Source: a virus (Duplodnaviria; Heunggongvirae; Uroviricota; Caudoviricetes). From it: 64,000 nucleotides of DNA. Position 1 is the first letter of the stretch; each line of letters opens with the position of its first letter. A program made the position numbers and the translations under genes. Below, piece after piece: positions 29,513 to 37,046 of this stretch. Under the pieces are notes generated by a model. It ran no database searches, had not been told where the DNA came from, and worked only from the letters and a program-made list of their open reading frames with translations. Location of the stretch: IMG/VR virus record IMGVR_UViG_3300044712_001463, one strand, 5' to 3'.

Positions 29513-29537
29513 GATTCACACAGGGAATTAGGAATTA

Positions 29538-29573
29538 AAGAGCCGCTCTCTTTACGGGAGTGGCTCTTTTTTC
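29538..29573 (+). terminator. rho-independent terminator
   Basis: agagccgctctc...gagtggctctttttt. Confidence 0.6.
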
Positions 29574-29602
29574 TTGACAAGATGGGTAGGCTTATGCATA
29601 AT
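29574..29602 (+). promoter_or_regulatory. cassette promoter (-10 CATAAT)
   Basis: ctTGACAaga...tgCATAATg. Confidence 0.6.
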
Positions 29603-29621
29603 GTAGGCAAGGAGGTGTGAT

Positions 29622-29846
29622 ATGAGACGCAAGCGTTGTCCTGTATGTGGAGACCTTCCCGAGTATTGTTGCAGTGGAGATAAGATCGGTTTCTATGGTC
29701 ACTTCTTGGAGTGCCCTAGACATAGGTGTAGGCTCAGGACCCAGTATTATGATCATCCAGACAAAGCATTGCAAGCCTGGAACGAACGACTCGCACTCTG
29801 TTATGCAGGAAAGTTAGCTGACCTGAAGCCTAAGAGGAAGTCATGA
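29622..29846 (+). CDS. Cys-rich zinc-finger-like protein (CPVCG...CPRHRC)
   Basis: Promoter 29574, RBS aaggagg; ATGA coupled to tilS. Confidence 0.55.
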   Translation: MRRKRCPVCGDLPEYCCSGDKIGFYGHFLECPRHRCRLRTQYYDHPDKALQAWNERLALCYAGKLADLKPKRKS

Positions 29847-30475
29847 TCCGTTTTGAAAAGCGACTAGTGGATAAGAGCAAGCATGTGCACGTAGCGTGCT
29901 CAGGTGGAGTTGACTCCATGGCAGTGTGTGACTTCCTGAAGAGGGGTGGCTTCAATGTCCGCCCCGTCTTCTTCAACCATGGCACTGAGACGAGTCGTGC
30001 GGCGGAGATCTTCCTGGAGAACTATTTCACTGTAGGCTTCACCAAAGGCAAGTTGTATGGCGAGAAGCCTAAGGATAAGTCCTGGGAGGAATACTGGCGC
30101 GATGAGCGCTATAAGTTCTTCAACAGCCTAGGCTTGGAGACAATTGTCACTGCGCATCACCTAGATGACTGTGTCGAATCTTACGTCTTCAGTGCACTGC
30201 ATGGGAATGCCAAACTTCCCATGGTTCACCGTAGGCTCGGGCGCAGTATCGTCGTCCGCCCCTTCATGATGACCTCGAAGAGCGACCTAGTCGCCTGGGC
30301 TAAGCAGCATAATGTGCCCTGGATGGAAGATGCTAGCAACTTCGATGTCTCAGTGGGAACCCGGAACTACGTGCGGCATGCGTTGATGCCTGGCATCCTT
30401 CGAGTCAACCCTGGTATTTCCAAGGTGGTGGCTAAGAAGGTTAGAGAATTATACTTGACAAGTTTGGCGAAGTGA
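29843..30475 (+). CDS. tilS: tRNA(Ile)-lysidine synthetase TilS-like (N-terminal catalytic domain only, 210 aa)
   Basis: PP-loop ACSGGVDSMAV; FNHGT; TAHHLDDCVESYVFSALHG; RPFMM..K.DLVAWAK.H..PWMEDASN. Confidence 0.75.
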   Translation: MIRFEKRLVDKSKHVHVACSGGVDSMAVCDFLKRGGFNVRPVFFNHGTETSRAAEIFLENYFTVGFTKGKLYGEKPKDKSWEEYWRDERYKFFNSLGLETIVTAHHLDDCVESYVFSALHGNAKLPMVHRRLGRSIVVRPFMMTSKSDLVAWAKQHNVPWMEDASNFDVSVGTRNYVRHALMPGILRVNPGISKVVAKKVRELYLTSLAK

Positions 30476-30482
30476 GTATAAT
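30455..30482 (+). promoter_or_regulatory. cassette promoter driving tRNA(CAT)
   Basis: Overlaps tilS 3' end. Confidence 0.7.
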
Positions 30483-30493
30483 AGTAAGTGTTC

Positions 30494-30570
30494 GGGAACC
30501 TAGCTCAATTGGTTAGAGCAAGCGACTCATAATCGCTAGGTTCAGGGTTCAAGTCCCTGGGTTCCCACCA
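30494..30570 (+). tRNA. tRNA with CAT anticodon (Met elongator or Ile2/lysidine substrate)
   Basis: Cloverleaf, acceptor GGGAACC/GGTTCCC, loop CTCATAA, CCA encoded; directly downstream of tilS and promoter 30455. Confidence 0.8.
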
Positions 30571-30595
30571 CCTTTTCTTCTTCTAGGAGTCCGCA

Positions 30596-30739
30596 ATGCG
30601 CAAGTATTCTGCAAACAAGGGTCGGGAAGCCGCACTGAAGGCGTGGAAGACCATCCGCCGCAAGAAGGCTGCTGAAGCCAAGAAGTGGCGTGAGGCTGGG
30701 CTCAAGGCATGGAAGACCCGCAAGCGCAACGGCAACTAA
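30596..30739 (+). CDS. small basic protein (47 aa) with AALKAWKT / AGLKAWKT internal repeat
   Basis: RBS taggagt; not in ORF track (<60 aa); terminator follows. Confidence 0.45.
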   Translation: MRKYSANKGREAALKAWKTIRRKKAAEAKKWREAGLKAWKTRKRNGN

Positions 30740-30758
30740 AGAAGGCAAATCAAGGCAG

Positions 30759-30797
30759 AAAAGACCAGGGGCTAGCAACCTCTGGTCTTTTTGTTTG
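30759..30797 (+). terminator. rho-independent terminator
   Basis: aagaccagg...cctctggtctttttgtttg. Confidence 0.65.
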
Positions 30798-30800
30798 GGC

Positions 30801-30828
30801 TTGACAAGTGGTCTGGGAAGTGTATAAT
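30801..30828 (+). promoter_or_regulatory. cassette promoter
   Basis: consensus. Confidence 0.7.
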
Positions 30829-30856
30829 AGAGCCATACCTACTTTAGGAGGAAGTC

Positions 30857-31063
30857 ATGGACAACAAGATGAATAAGTTGCTTGAAAGGGTCAAGAAGGA
30901 ACTGAAGGAAGAGAAGGTGAAATACGCTGACAGGACCAAGCAACGCGAAGAGGACCCTGAGTTGGACTGCGACCACGAATTCATGGACTCCTACATCGCT
31001 CAAGAGGGCTACATCGTCGCCCTCGAAGAGATGATCAAGTGGATTCGCTACTACGGGAGGTAG
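30857..31063 (+). CDS. hypothetical protein
   Basis: Promoter 30801; RBS taggagg. Confidence 0.5.
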   Translation: MDNKMNKLLERVKKELKEEKVKYADRTKQREEDPELDCDHEFMDSYIAQEGYIVALEEMIKWIRYYGR

Positions 31064-31065
31064 TC

Positions 31066-31266
31066 ATGGCTGGTAAATACGGCAACTATACCTTCACCAT
31101 TACCATCGGAGCATATGGCAATGGACCTGACGACGCCTTCAACAGCGCCGTCCAGATGCTCTGCGAGGACCCTGGAGCCACCCCTGAGGACTACGAGTTT
31201 GAGGAAGATGAAGAGAGTGACGAGGACGACGAGGAGACCGAAGACGGGGAGGACGACCATGACTAA
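31066..31266 (+). CDS. small protein with poly-acidic C-terminus
   Basis: Start at ATG 31066 (ggagg upstream). Confidence 0.5.
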   Translation: MAGKYGNYTFTITIGAYGNGPDDAFNSAVQMLCEDPGATPEDYEFEEDEESDEDDEETEDGEDDHD

Positions 31267-31576
31267 GCCCTATAAGCCTAAGATGTTTTTCCGATACAGA
31301 ATCGTTGGGATGTCTAATTCCCCTTGGTTTGCCACTCTCGTTCAAAAGATTGAGCGGCAATGGGGAAAGTTTGATTCAAAGAGTAAAGAAAAGCGCTATG
31401 GGCAGTGGCTAGCGGATGAAGAGGGACACAATATCGAATGGCAGTTTACCAATAAACTCCCAAAGAAAGAATGGGAGCAACTTAAGGACCAACTTAAAGA
31501 TAGAATGGAAGATGCCAAGTCTGACTATAACGCAATCATGGACCACAAACTTTATGGAAAGGTGGTGAAGTCATGA
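31259..31576 (+). CDS. hypothetical protein
   Basis: Start at ATG 31259 overlapping upstream stop. Confidence 0.45.
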   Translation: MTKPYKPKMFFRYRIVGMSNSPWFATLVQKIERQWGKFDSKSKEKRYGQWLADEEGHNIEWQFTNKLPKKEWEQLKDQLKDRMEDAKSDYNAIMDHKLYGKVVKS

Positions 31577-32007
31577 CTAGGGATGAAGCCAAGAAGGTTT
31601 ACGACGAGGCTGAGGCACTCCTGACTGCCCTTGCTGCAAAGCATGGGTTTCAACTAGACCGTGGTGTTGGTGGCACGTTCGGCATCGATGAACTGAACCT
31701 GCGTGCCAGGTTTACTTCTGCGGTCAGTCCTGAACAGAAGGAAGAGAAGCGCAAGAGGGACTTCGAATTCAACTGCTTCCATTATGGGGTTGACAAGAAG
31801 CATTACCGTGCGACTCTGCTGTATGGTGGAAAGAGGTATCTCCTGGTGGGATTCAATACTCGGAAGCCGAAGTATTGCGTCATGGCTGAGGATGTTGCGA
31901 CAGGCAAGGTCTGGGGTCTTCCCGAGTTAGCGCTCGGCAAACTTCAGAAGAAGGGTTTCCGTGACCTCGATGACGAGGCTTGGAAGGCAGAGGGAAAGGC
32001 ATCTTAG
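31573..32007 (+). CDS. hypothetical protein
   Basis: ATGA coupling; 144 aa. Confidence 0.5.
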   Translation: MTRDEAKKVYDEAEALLTALAAKHGFQLDRGVGGTFGIDELNLRARFTSAVSPEQKEEKRKRDFEFNCFHYGVDKKHYRATLLYGGKRYLLVGFNTRKPKYCVMAEDVATGKVWGLPELALGKLQKKGFRDLDDEAWKAEGKAS

Positions 32008-32010
32008 CCC

Positions 32011-32038
32011 TTGACAAGTTTTACGAATCGGATATAAT
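32011..32038 (+). promoter_or_regulatory. cassette promoter
   Basis: consensus. Confidence 0.7.
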
Positions 32039-32073
32039 AGGTCTATCAGACTTCTCTCTTTAAGAGGTGTGTC

Positions 32074-32340
32074 ATGGCGAAGACCAAGGTCAACATCGAC
32101 ATCTACTACACACTGAATTCGGGCTCCTTGGCTGATTCACGCGCCAAGAAGATCTTGAAGGAGTTCCTGTTCTTCAAGGGTCTGGGAAAGCCCAGGCTCC
32201 TGGAGCAGGGCTCTGGCTTCTGCTTCCTGAACAAGGAGCGGGACATCTCGTTCTGCACCACGGTCAACAAGTCCCTCCCTCGGAACATCGTCGGCAAGAC
32301 CTACAAGAACCTGCGCATCTACATAAGGAAGGCGGTCTAG
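32074..32340 (+). CDS. hypothetical protein
   Basis: Promoter 32011; leader ctctttaagaggtgtgtcATG. Confidence 0.5.
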   Translation: MAKTKVNIDIYYTLNSGSLADSRAKKILKEFLFFKGLGKPRLLEQGSGFCFLNKERDISFCTTVNKSLPRNIVGKTYKNLRIYIRKAV

Positions 32341-32342
32341 CC

Positions 32343-32519
32343 ATGATGCGCAAAGCGAAAGTCGGAGATGTTGTCCAGGTCTCTGGCTATGTAGATACTG
32401 CTACTGTCGTTGATGTCCTCAAGGATGTTCCTGGCGGGGTTCGTCTCGACAAGTACATCGGTGATTTCAGGTATTGGAACATCGATGAACTTACTCTTGT
32501 GTGGAGGAAGAGGTCATGA
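32343..32519 (+). CDS. small protein (58 aa)
   Basis: ATG follows upstream stop; not in ORF track. Confidence 0.4.
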   Translation: MMRKAKVGDVVQVSGYVDTATVVDVLKDVPGGVRLDKYIGDFRYWNIDELTLVWRKRS

Positions 32520-32746
32520 TGAAACAGGAACTCTACGATGTTTGCTTTGGCTCTGGTGTCATGGCGGTCGCCGTCATCAACATAAACGATGATAAGCCCT
32601 TTGATTGGGGAGCCTATATCGGAGTCCAGGCTACTGGGGACCAGATGCTCGACAGGGAGCACATTGCGAAACACGGAGTCAAGCTGACCAAGAAGGTGGC
32701 TGAGGCTATCTTTCCTTTCGGCGGAATCGTGAAATACCGCGATTAG
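32516..32746 (+). CDS. hypothetical protein
   Basis: ATGA overlap. Confidence 0.45.
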   Translation: MMKQELYDVCFGSGVMAVAVININDDKPFDWGAYIGVQATGDQMLDREHIAKHGVKLTKKVAEAIFPFGGIVKYRD

Positions 32747-32749
32747 CTC

Positions 32750-32777
32750 TTGACAAGTTTCCCAAAAGGCATATAAT
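32750..32777 (+). promoter_or_regulatory. cassette promoter
   Basis: consensus. Confidence 0.7.
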
Positions 32778-32815
32778 ATACCTTGACAGACAAAACTCTC
32801 TCTAAGAGGTCGGTC

Positions 32816-33073
32816 ATGGCGAAGAAAAAGGTCGAGAAGGTCAAGAAGTATGTCCCAGGTCGCCACATCAAGAGGGGCTTCTCGGTCCTGAAGCAGGCTG
32901 AGGGCGGTCCCTGCCTGACCAACGCTGACCTCAAGTGCTTCGCTCGCATCACCAAGGGCATCGTGTCCATCAAGCGGGTTTACTCCTGCTACGTCGGGCA
33001 CACGGGTATCGAGGTCTGCGGGACCCCCAAGGCTGTCAACAAGTGGGCTCTCGACTACCTCGGCTTCAACTAA
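32816..33073 (+). CDS. hypothetical basic protein
   Basis: Promoter 32750; leader ctctctaagaggtcggtcATG. Confidence 0.5.
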   Translation: MAKKKVEKVKKYVPGRHIKRGFSVLKQAEGGPCLTNADLKCFARITKGIVSIKRVYSCYVGHTGIEVCGTPKAVNKWALDYLGFN

Positions 33074-33080
33074 CATCTTC

Positions 33081-33157
33081 GTCCCTGTAGCTCAGTTGGA
33101 TAGAGTACTGGTTTCCTAAACCGGGGGTCGCGTGTTCGAATCACGCCGGGGACACCA
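33081..33157 (+). tRNA. tRNA-Arg (anticodon CCT)
   Basis: Cloverleaf; acceptor GTCCCTG/CGGGGAC; TTCGAAT T-loop; CCA encoded. Confidence 0.75.
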
Positions 33158-33175
33158 TCTTCTAAGAGGTCTCAG

Positions 33176-33436
33176 ATGAAGGATGTCAAGTGGGTCATCG
33201 AGAACGTCATCAACCAGGGCAAACACGCCTGCTACGATGGTGAGGACATCAAGGGCGGCTTCCACAGCGCTCTTGAGGCTGAACTCAGGCGCCAAGGCTG
33301 GACGTATCACGAGACGGGATCGTATTGCACCAAGGCTTCGGGCGAGACGCATCTTCAGAAGGATGGGTTGGCTGTCGAGATTATCTCAGCCAGTTTCCTG
33401 GGCTCCTTCACTCAGATTCATACGGTGCGTATCTAG
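33176..33436 (+). CDS. hypothetical protein
   Basis: RBS aagagg; abuts next tRNA. Confidence 0.5.
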   Translation: MKDVKWVIENVINQGKHACYDGEDIKGGFHSALEAELRRQGWTYHETGSYCTKASGETHLQKDGLAVEIISASFLGSFTQIHTVRI

Positions 33437-33511
33437 GCTCTTGTAGGCTAATGGATAAACCTGGGGGCTCCGAACCTCCGATTCCAAGTTCGATTCTTGG
33501 CAAGAGCACCA
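33437..33511 (+). tRNA. tRNA-Arg (anticodon CCG), somewhat non-canonical D-arm
   Basis: Acceptor GCTCTTG/CAAGAGC, T-arm CCAAG-TTCGATT-CTTGG, CCA. Confidence 0.6.
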
Positions 33512-33519
33512 AATAAAGC

Positions 33520-33547
33520 TTGACAAGTTCCTGAAAGTAAGTATAAT
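33520..33547 (+). promoter_or_regulatory. cassette promoter
   Basis: consensus. Confidence 0.7.
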
Positions 33548-33615
33548 GAAGACAAAGGGTAAGGCTTTCCCCTTCTAACGAAAGCCAACAAAGAACATCT
33601 CTCTACGAGGCAGTC

Positions 33616-33852
33616 ATGTCGAACGAGACCCCCCGCAAGGCAGGTCGTCCCGCTGAGTGGACGGAGACCGAGGTCAACGCGGTTCTCACGCTCAGCACCG
33701 ATCGCAACATCTCCTGCAAGAAGGCTTGCGCGATGGCGCACAAGTCCTACCCCTCCTTCGTCTCCGCTGCGCATCGGCTGAACATCGCCCTCCCCAAGCG
33801 CGGTCGGCGTCCGGTGGTCAAGGCTGAGAAGACCCCCGAGGTCGCAGCCTGA
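33616..33852 (+). CDS. small putative DNA-binding protein, paralog of 40785
   Basis: Shared GRP...RNISC(K/Q)KACAM.HKSY...SAAHR...LP.RGRR with 40785..41027. Confidence 0.55.
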   Translation: MSNETPRKAGRPAEWTETEVNAVLTLSTDRNISCKKACAMAHKSYPSFVSAAHRLNIALPKRGRRPVVKAEKTPEVAA

Positions 33853-33882
33853 AGATCCAACACAACTGAATATAGACAAGTT

Positions 33883-33920
33883 CAAGCCCTTGGAGAAATC
33901 CGAGGGCTTTCTTGTTTTTG
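33883..33920 (+). terminator. rho-independent terminator (duplicate of 44802)
   Basis: aagcccttggagaaatccgagggctttcttgtttttg. Confidence 0.6.
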
Positions 33921-33974
33921 CTATGCATCTCCAGGAGGATCAATACGATCGATCATATGTCCCTGGGTATATAA

Positions 33975-33998
33975 AACCTACTTAAATATAAGTAGGTT
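33975..33998. repeat. inter-cassette palindrome AACCTACTTA-AATA-TAAGTAGGTT
   Basis: 10 bp perfect arms. Confidence 0.8.
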
Positions 33999-34040
33999 CT
34001 GAAGAGGCGCCGCTGTAACTTCAACATCTTAAAATAGTAG

Positions 34041-34068
34041 CTGACAAGCACAAGAATCTGCGTATAAT
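34041..34068 (+). promoter_or_regulatory. degenerate cassette promoter (CTGACA -35)
   Basis: gctgacaagc-16-TATAATA. Confidence 0.45.
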
Positions 34069-34112
34069 ATAAGGGAATCGATGATGACGAAACTCCACAT
34101 ATGAGGTGTAAC

Positions 34113-34349
34113 ATGCACATCCTTCAGGCACTAGAACTTAAGAAGAGTTACGACGCAGGAAAGCCATCACCAGAGGTGTGGTATCTTGGGCAGCCAGGGG
34201 AGATTACCGATGCTGACCAGGACGGAAATACCGTATCCTTCTGGTGGGTATCCAAGAATGGGCTCAAATTCGGTCAATATTCATATAAAGAACTCACTTT
34301 GTATGACGAAAATAGTCCTAGGAAACAACCTAAACCAGTAATTGACTAG
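34113..34349 (+). CDS. hypothetical protein
   Basis: Start ATG 34113 with GAGGTG SD. Confidence 0.45.
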   Translation: MHILQALELKKSYDAGKPSPEVWYLGQPGEITDADQDGNTVSFWWVSKNGLKFGQYSYKELTLYDENSPRKQPKPVID

Positions 34350-34380
34350 GAATAAAACCCCATACATTGAGGAGAATACA

Positions 34381-34491
34381 ATGGCAAAGGCTAATACAAC
34401 TAAGAACATTTACGTGTATGTGAACATTCGACCAGGTTACAACAAGACTTCCAAACGCAAACCCATCACGGAACTTGAAAACAAGAAATAA
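34381..34491 (+). CDS. small protein (36 aa)
   Basis: RBS gaggag; not in ORF track. Confidence 0.35.
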   Translation: MAKANTTKNIYVYVNIRPGYNKTSKRKPITELENKK

Positions 34492-34494
34492 ATC

Positions 34495-34522
34495 TTGACA
34501 AGTTCCCTAATGTGAGTATAAT
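34495..34522 (+). promoter_or_regulatory. cassette promoter driving tRNA cluster
   Basis: consensus; 14 nt upstream of tRNA-Lys. Confidence 0.7.
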
Positions 34523-34535
34523 AAAGCTCACAGAT

Positions 34536-34611
34536 GGGTGTGTAGCTCAGTTGGTAGAGTAGCGGACTTTTAATCCGTTTGTCGTGAGTTCGATCCTCAC
34601 CGCACCCACCA
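34536..34611 (+). tRNA. tRNA-Lys (anticodon TTT)
   Basis: Cloverleaf, loop CTTTTAA, CCA; own promoter 34495. Confidence 0.8.
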
Positions 34612-34937
34612 TATCTTTGAACCAGGGAATCCCTCCTGGTAATCAGTCCTAGGGGAGACCATCGAGTTCGTCGTCGTAAGAGGTGCGGTGGGAGACCAAA
34701 TAAGCCTTTCAAGCTCTGGGTATGAGAAGTGATATCCCTCATATCATAGCCTTGATAGCATGTGTCCTCCCACCCACAGCCCATGGTGTAATACTCTCCA
34801 AGAGTAGCAAGTAAAACGCGGCGTCGGTACACGCCGACCCTAGGACAGGGTGAATAGATTTACCCAGGACTCGGTTCTTTAAGGCAGCGAGTTGGTGCCT
34901 ACGAGGAATCGGTGCTTCTGAGTCTTGGGCGTATTTT

Positions 34938-35012
34938 GCAGGCTTAATTCAGTGGTAGAATGTCTCGTTGCCAACGAGAATGTCACCGGTTCGAGCCCGG
35001 TAGCCTGCTCCA
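34938..35012 (+). tRNA. tRNA-Gly (anticodon GCC)
   Basis: Acceptor GCAGGCT/AGCCTGC, loop TTGCCAA, CCA. Confidence 0.75.
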
Positions 35013-35020
35013 ATAGTTTC

Positions 35021-35096
35021 GCCGCGATAGCTCAGTTGGTAGAGCACCTGCCTGAAGAGCAGGGTGTCGGGGGTTCGACTCCCTCTTGCGGCACCA
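35021..35096 (+). tRNA. tRNA-Phe (anticodon GAA)
   Basis: Acceptor GCCGCGA/TTGCGGC, loop CTGAAGA, CCA. Confidence 0.75.
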
Positions 35097-35106
35097 AAAG
35101 TTATGA

Positions 35107-35183
35107 TGCGGGATAGAGCAGCCCGGTAGCTCGTCAGGTTCATACCCTGAAGGTCGCTGGTTCAAATCCAGCTCCCGCACCCA
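35107..35183 (+). tRNA. tRNA with CAT anticodon (Met or Ile2), U1-A72
   Basis: Acceptor TGCGGGA/TCCCGCA, loop TTCATAC, T-loop TTCAAAT, CCA. Confidence 0.65.
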
Positions 35184-35477
35184 ATATTCCAAGAAGTAAA
35201 ACACATACTCGTTTTCATAGGTGCTCACATGGGATGCATGCCACATTTTAATTAGTAAGGTGCCCTTAGAGTTCTCTTCCAGAGCCTGGGGACCAAAGTC
35301 AGCGACCGCCCCTGAAGCGACGGTATCGGGACAGAGGTTCTAGTCAGGGACAGTGAAGAGAGTGTCAACGGTGTCGAGCCGGGGTAAAATCCGTAGAGAC
35401 GCAACCGCTTTGAGAGGGAGTCCTGCCCCAATAGGTATAGTATCAAAAATTAGGTCTAGGAAGACTTTCTTAGACGA

Positions 35478-35556
35478 GACTCCCTGGTAGTTTAGTGGCA
35501 AAACGCCCGCATTATAAGCGGGAAACGTCCGGCATCGAAGCCGAACCCTAGGAGTA
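35478..35556 (+). pseudogene. tRNA-like remnant with TAT anticodon loop (possible degenerate tRNA-Ile UAU)
   Basis: Good D-arm (GTTT/AAAC) and anticodon arm (CCCGC-ATTATAA-GCGGG) but defective T-arm and acceptor; embedded in long hairpin. Confidence 0.3.
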
Positions 35557-35671
35557 GTCTTAGAAAGCACAACACCTAGAAGCCTTATGGCTCTTCGAGT
35601 CGTTGAGAGACGGAGAGAAGTCCTAAGTTTTGATACTCAATTATGTTTATATATAATACTATGGAAGACAA

Positions 35672-35712
35672 TAAGCCCTCGGACGCATTAGCGACTGTGG
35701 GCTTTTATTTTG
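35672..35712 (+). terminator. rho-independent terminator ending tRNA-cluster transcript
   Basis: aagccctcgg...ctgtgggcttttatttt. Confidence 0.55.
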
Positions 35713-35715
35713 CCC

Positions 35716-35743
35716 TTGACAAGTAGGCTAGGATATGTATAAT
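35716..35743 (+). promoter_or_regulatory. cassette promoter
   Basis: consensus. Confidence 0.7.
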
Positions 35744-35768
35744 AGAGCCATCACTCAAGGAGGCTGCG

Positions 35769-36095
35769 ATGTCAGACCGTCGAATCATCGAGTATGAAGA
35801 CTTGCTTCACCCTGGCACTCTTGTTCGGCTCTATTACAAGGGTTCGGTTCTTCAGAACATGACCGAGATGGTGAAACTCGATGCGCCTGGCACCGATTGG
35901 GTGGTTCGCAGGACGAACTCCAATTCCTACCAGCGGCGCAGGGTTGCAGACAATGCTCGCAGGAAGCATGAGGCTGAGGTCTACGGGGATCAGACGCCCC
36001 CGAAGAAGAAGGAGATGCCATTGGATGCGGCTGAGATCATGAAGGCTTTTGAGGCGGCGGGTTCGCCTCCTCCAACCCCAGAGGTTGCGGCATAA
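35769..36095 (+). CDS. hypothetical protein
   Basis: Promoter 35716; RBS aaggagg. Confidence 0.5.
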   Translation: MSDRRIIEYEDLLHPGTLVRLYYKGSVLQNMTEMVKLDAPGTDWVVRRTNSNSYQRRRVADNARRKHEAEVYGDQTPPKKKEMPLDAAEIMKAFEAAGSPPPTPEVAA

Positions 36096-36116
36096 AAGGG
36101 GGTAGAAAGGTAAGTC

Positions 36117-36482
36117 GTGAAAAACTTCATTGACTACAAAATGGATCCCTACGTTGAGTATGACTACTCCCATAATTTCTTTAAGACAGATGGGATGGAT
36201 AGTTTTTTGAAAAGTATCCCAACTAGGGAGGCTAAGATGAACAGGAAATCGGGCAAGGCTGTCAGGGCTACGGTTAGCGGCACGGTTCCGCTGACCTTGA
36301 CCGAGAGCATCAACAAGATCACCAAGTCGGTGGGAAAGAAACATCCCAACGTCAAGGTCCAGGTGGTTCTTGAGGGAATCGTCACCGTGACCTACAAGGT
36401 TATCGGGACGAGCCTTGACAAGGCAGAGGTCGAAGCCTTTACCCAGGACTTGGTTGGCAAAATTAAGTCAGCCATCGCCTAA
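36117..36482 (+). CDS. hypothetical protein (start uncertain: GTG 36117, ATG 36141 or ATG 36237 with AGGGAGG SD)
   Basis: 121 aa frame. Confidence 0.4.
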   Translation: MKNFIDYKMDPYVEYDYSHNFFKTDGMDSFLKSIPTREAKMNRKSGKAVRATVSGTVPLTLTESINKITKSVGKKHPNVKVQVVLEGIVTVTYKVIGTSLDKAEVEAFTQDLVGKIKSAIA

Positions 36483-36489
36483 AAAAGAC

Positions 36490-36517
36490 TTGACAAGTTC
36501 CGAGAAACAGGTATAAT
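36490..36517 (+). promoter_or_regulatory. cassette promoter
   Basis: consensus. Confidence 0.7.
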
Positions 36518-36536
36518 AGTATCATCACCTTCATTC

Positions 36537-36782
36537 ATGGAGAACATCGTGGCAGATGTGTTGGCTACTCCGGCTACGGAGCAGAAGAAAGAACCGAAGC
36601 AGTCGTGGAACGCCCCCAAGGTGGCTGTCTATCCAGGCTACCGCAACACCAAGTTCGACAAGATCTTGATCGGAGCCAAGGGCGACAAGAACCGCAAGGG
36701 CTGGTATCGCCTGATGAACCAGGGTTGGGGTGAGGCTATCCCTGCCCGCAGGCGTGGTCCGGGTCAGCGCAGGACTGTGTAA
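36537..36782 (+). CDS. hypothetical basic protein
   Basis: Promoter 36490; weak SD. Confidence 0.45.
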   Translation: MENIVADVLATPATEQKKEPKQSWNAPKVAVYPGYRNTKFDKILIGAKGDKNRKGWYRLMNQGWGEAIPARRRGPGQRRTV

Positions 36783-36986
36783 GTTGGGAGTAGACCAGAT
36801 AGGATGTCCGAGACCGGGCACCTGAGCGCGAATGCTGGCTACCGTGCGCTACATTCTGAAAGCGCCACATCTTCGAGTCCTCGTAGGGAAACGGTCCAAC
36901 CCTGTTAAGAGCAGGTATCGAAAAATGCGGAAGCCCTCCGTTCCCTTCGGGGCGATAATAGAGGAAACCACTACGAGAGATAGGGA

Positions 36987-37016
36987 GAGGAGCCATTAGA
37001 GGCTCCTCTTCTTTGT
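36987..37016 (+). terminator. rho-independent terminator
   Basis: agaggagccattagaggctcctcttctttg. Confidence 0.6.
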
Positions 37017-37018
37017 AC

Positions 37019-37046
37019 TTGACAAGTTAGCGAGTCCGTGCATAAT
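37019..37046 (+). promoter_or_regulatory. cassette promoter (-10 CATAAT) driving ORF-less RNA
   Basis: acTTGACAagt...tgCATAATg. Confidence 0.6.

Noticed and set aside
32783-32788. Second TTGACA, 33 bp after promoter 32750
   Set aside because: No -10 element follows it. It lies within the transcribed leader.
32387-33076. 229 aa reverse-strand ORF
   Set aside because: It runs through a + strand promoter, three + strand cassette genes and towards a tRNA. It is a GC-rich shadow ORF.
35478-35556. Functional tRNA-Ile(UAU)
   Set aside because: The D-arm and anticodon arm are good, but the acceptor stem and T-arm cannot be paired canonically. Downgraded to a tRNA-like remnant.
35772-36344. 190 aa reverse-strand ORF
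   Set aside because: Antisense to promoter-driven + genes 35769..36095 and 36117..36482.
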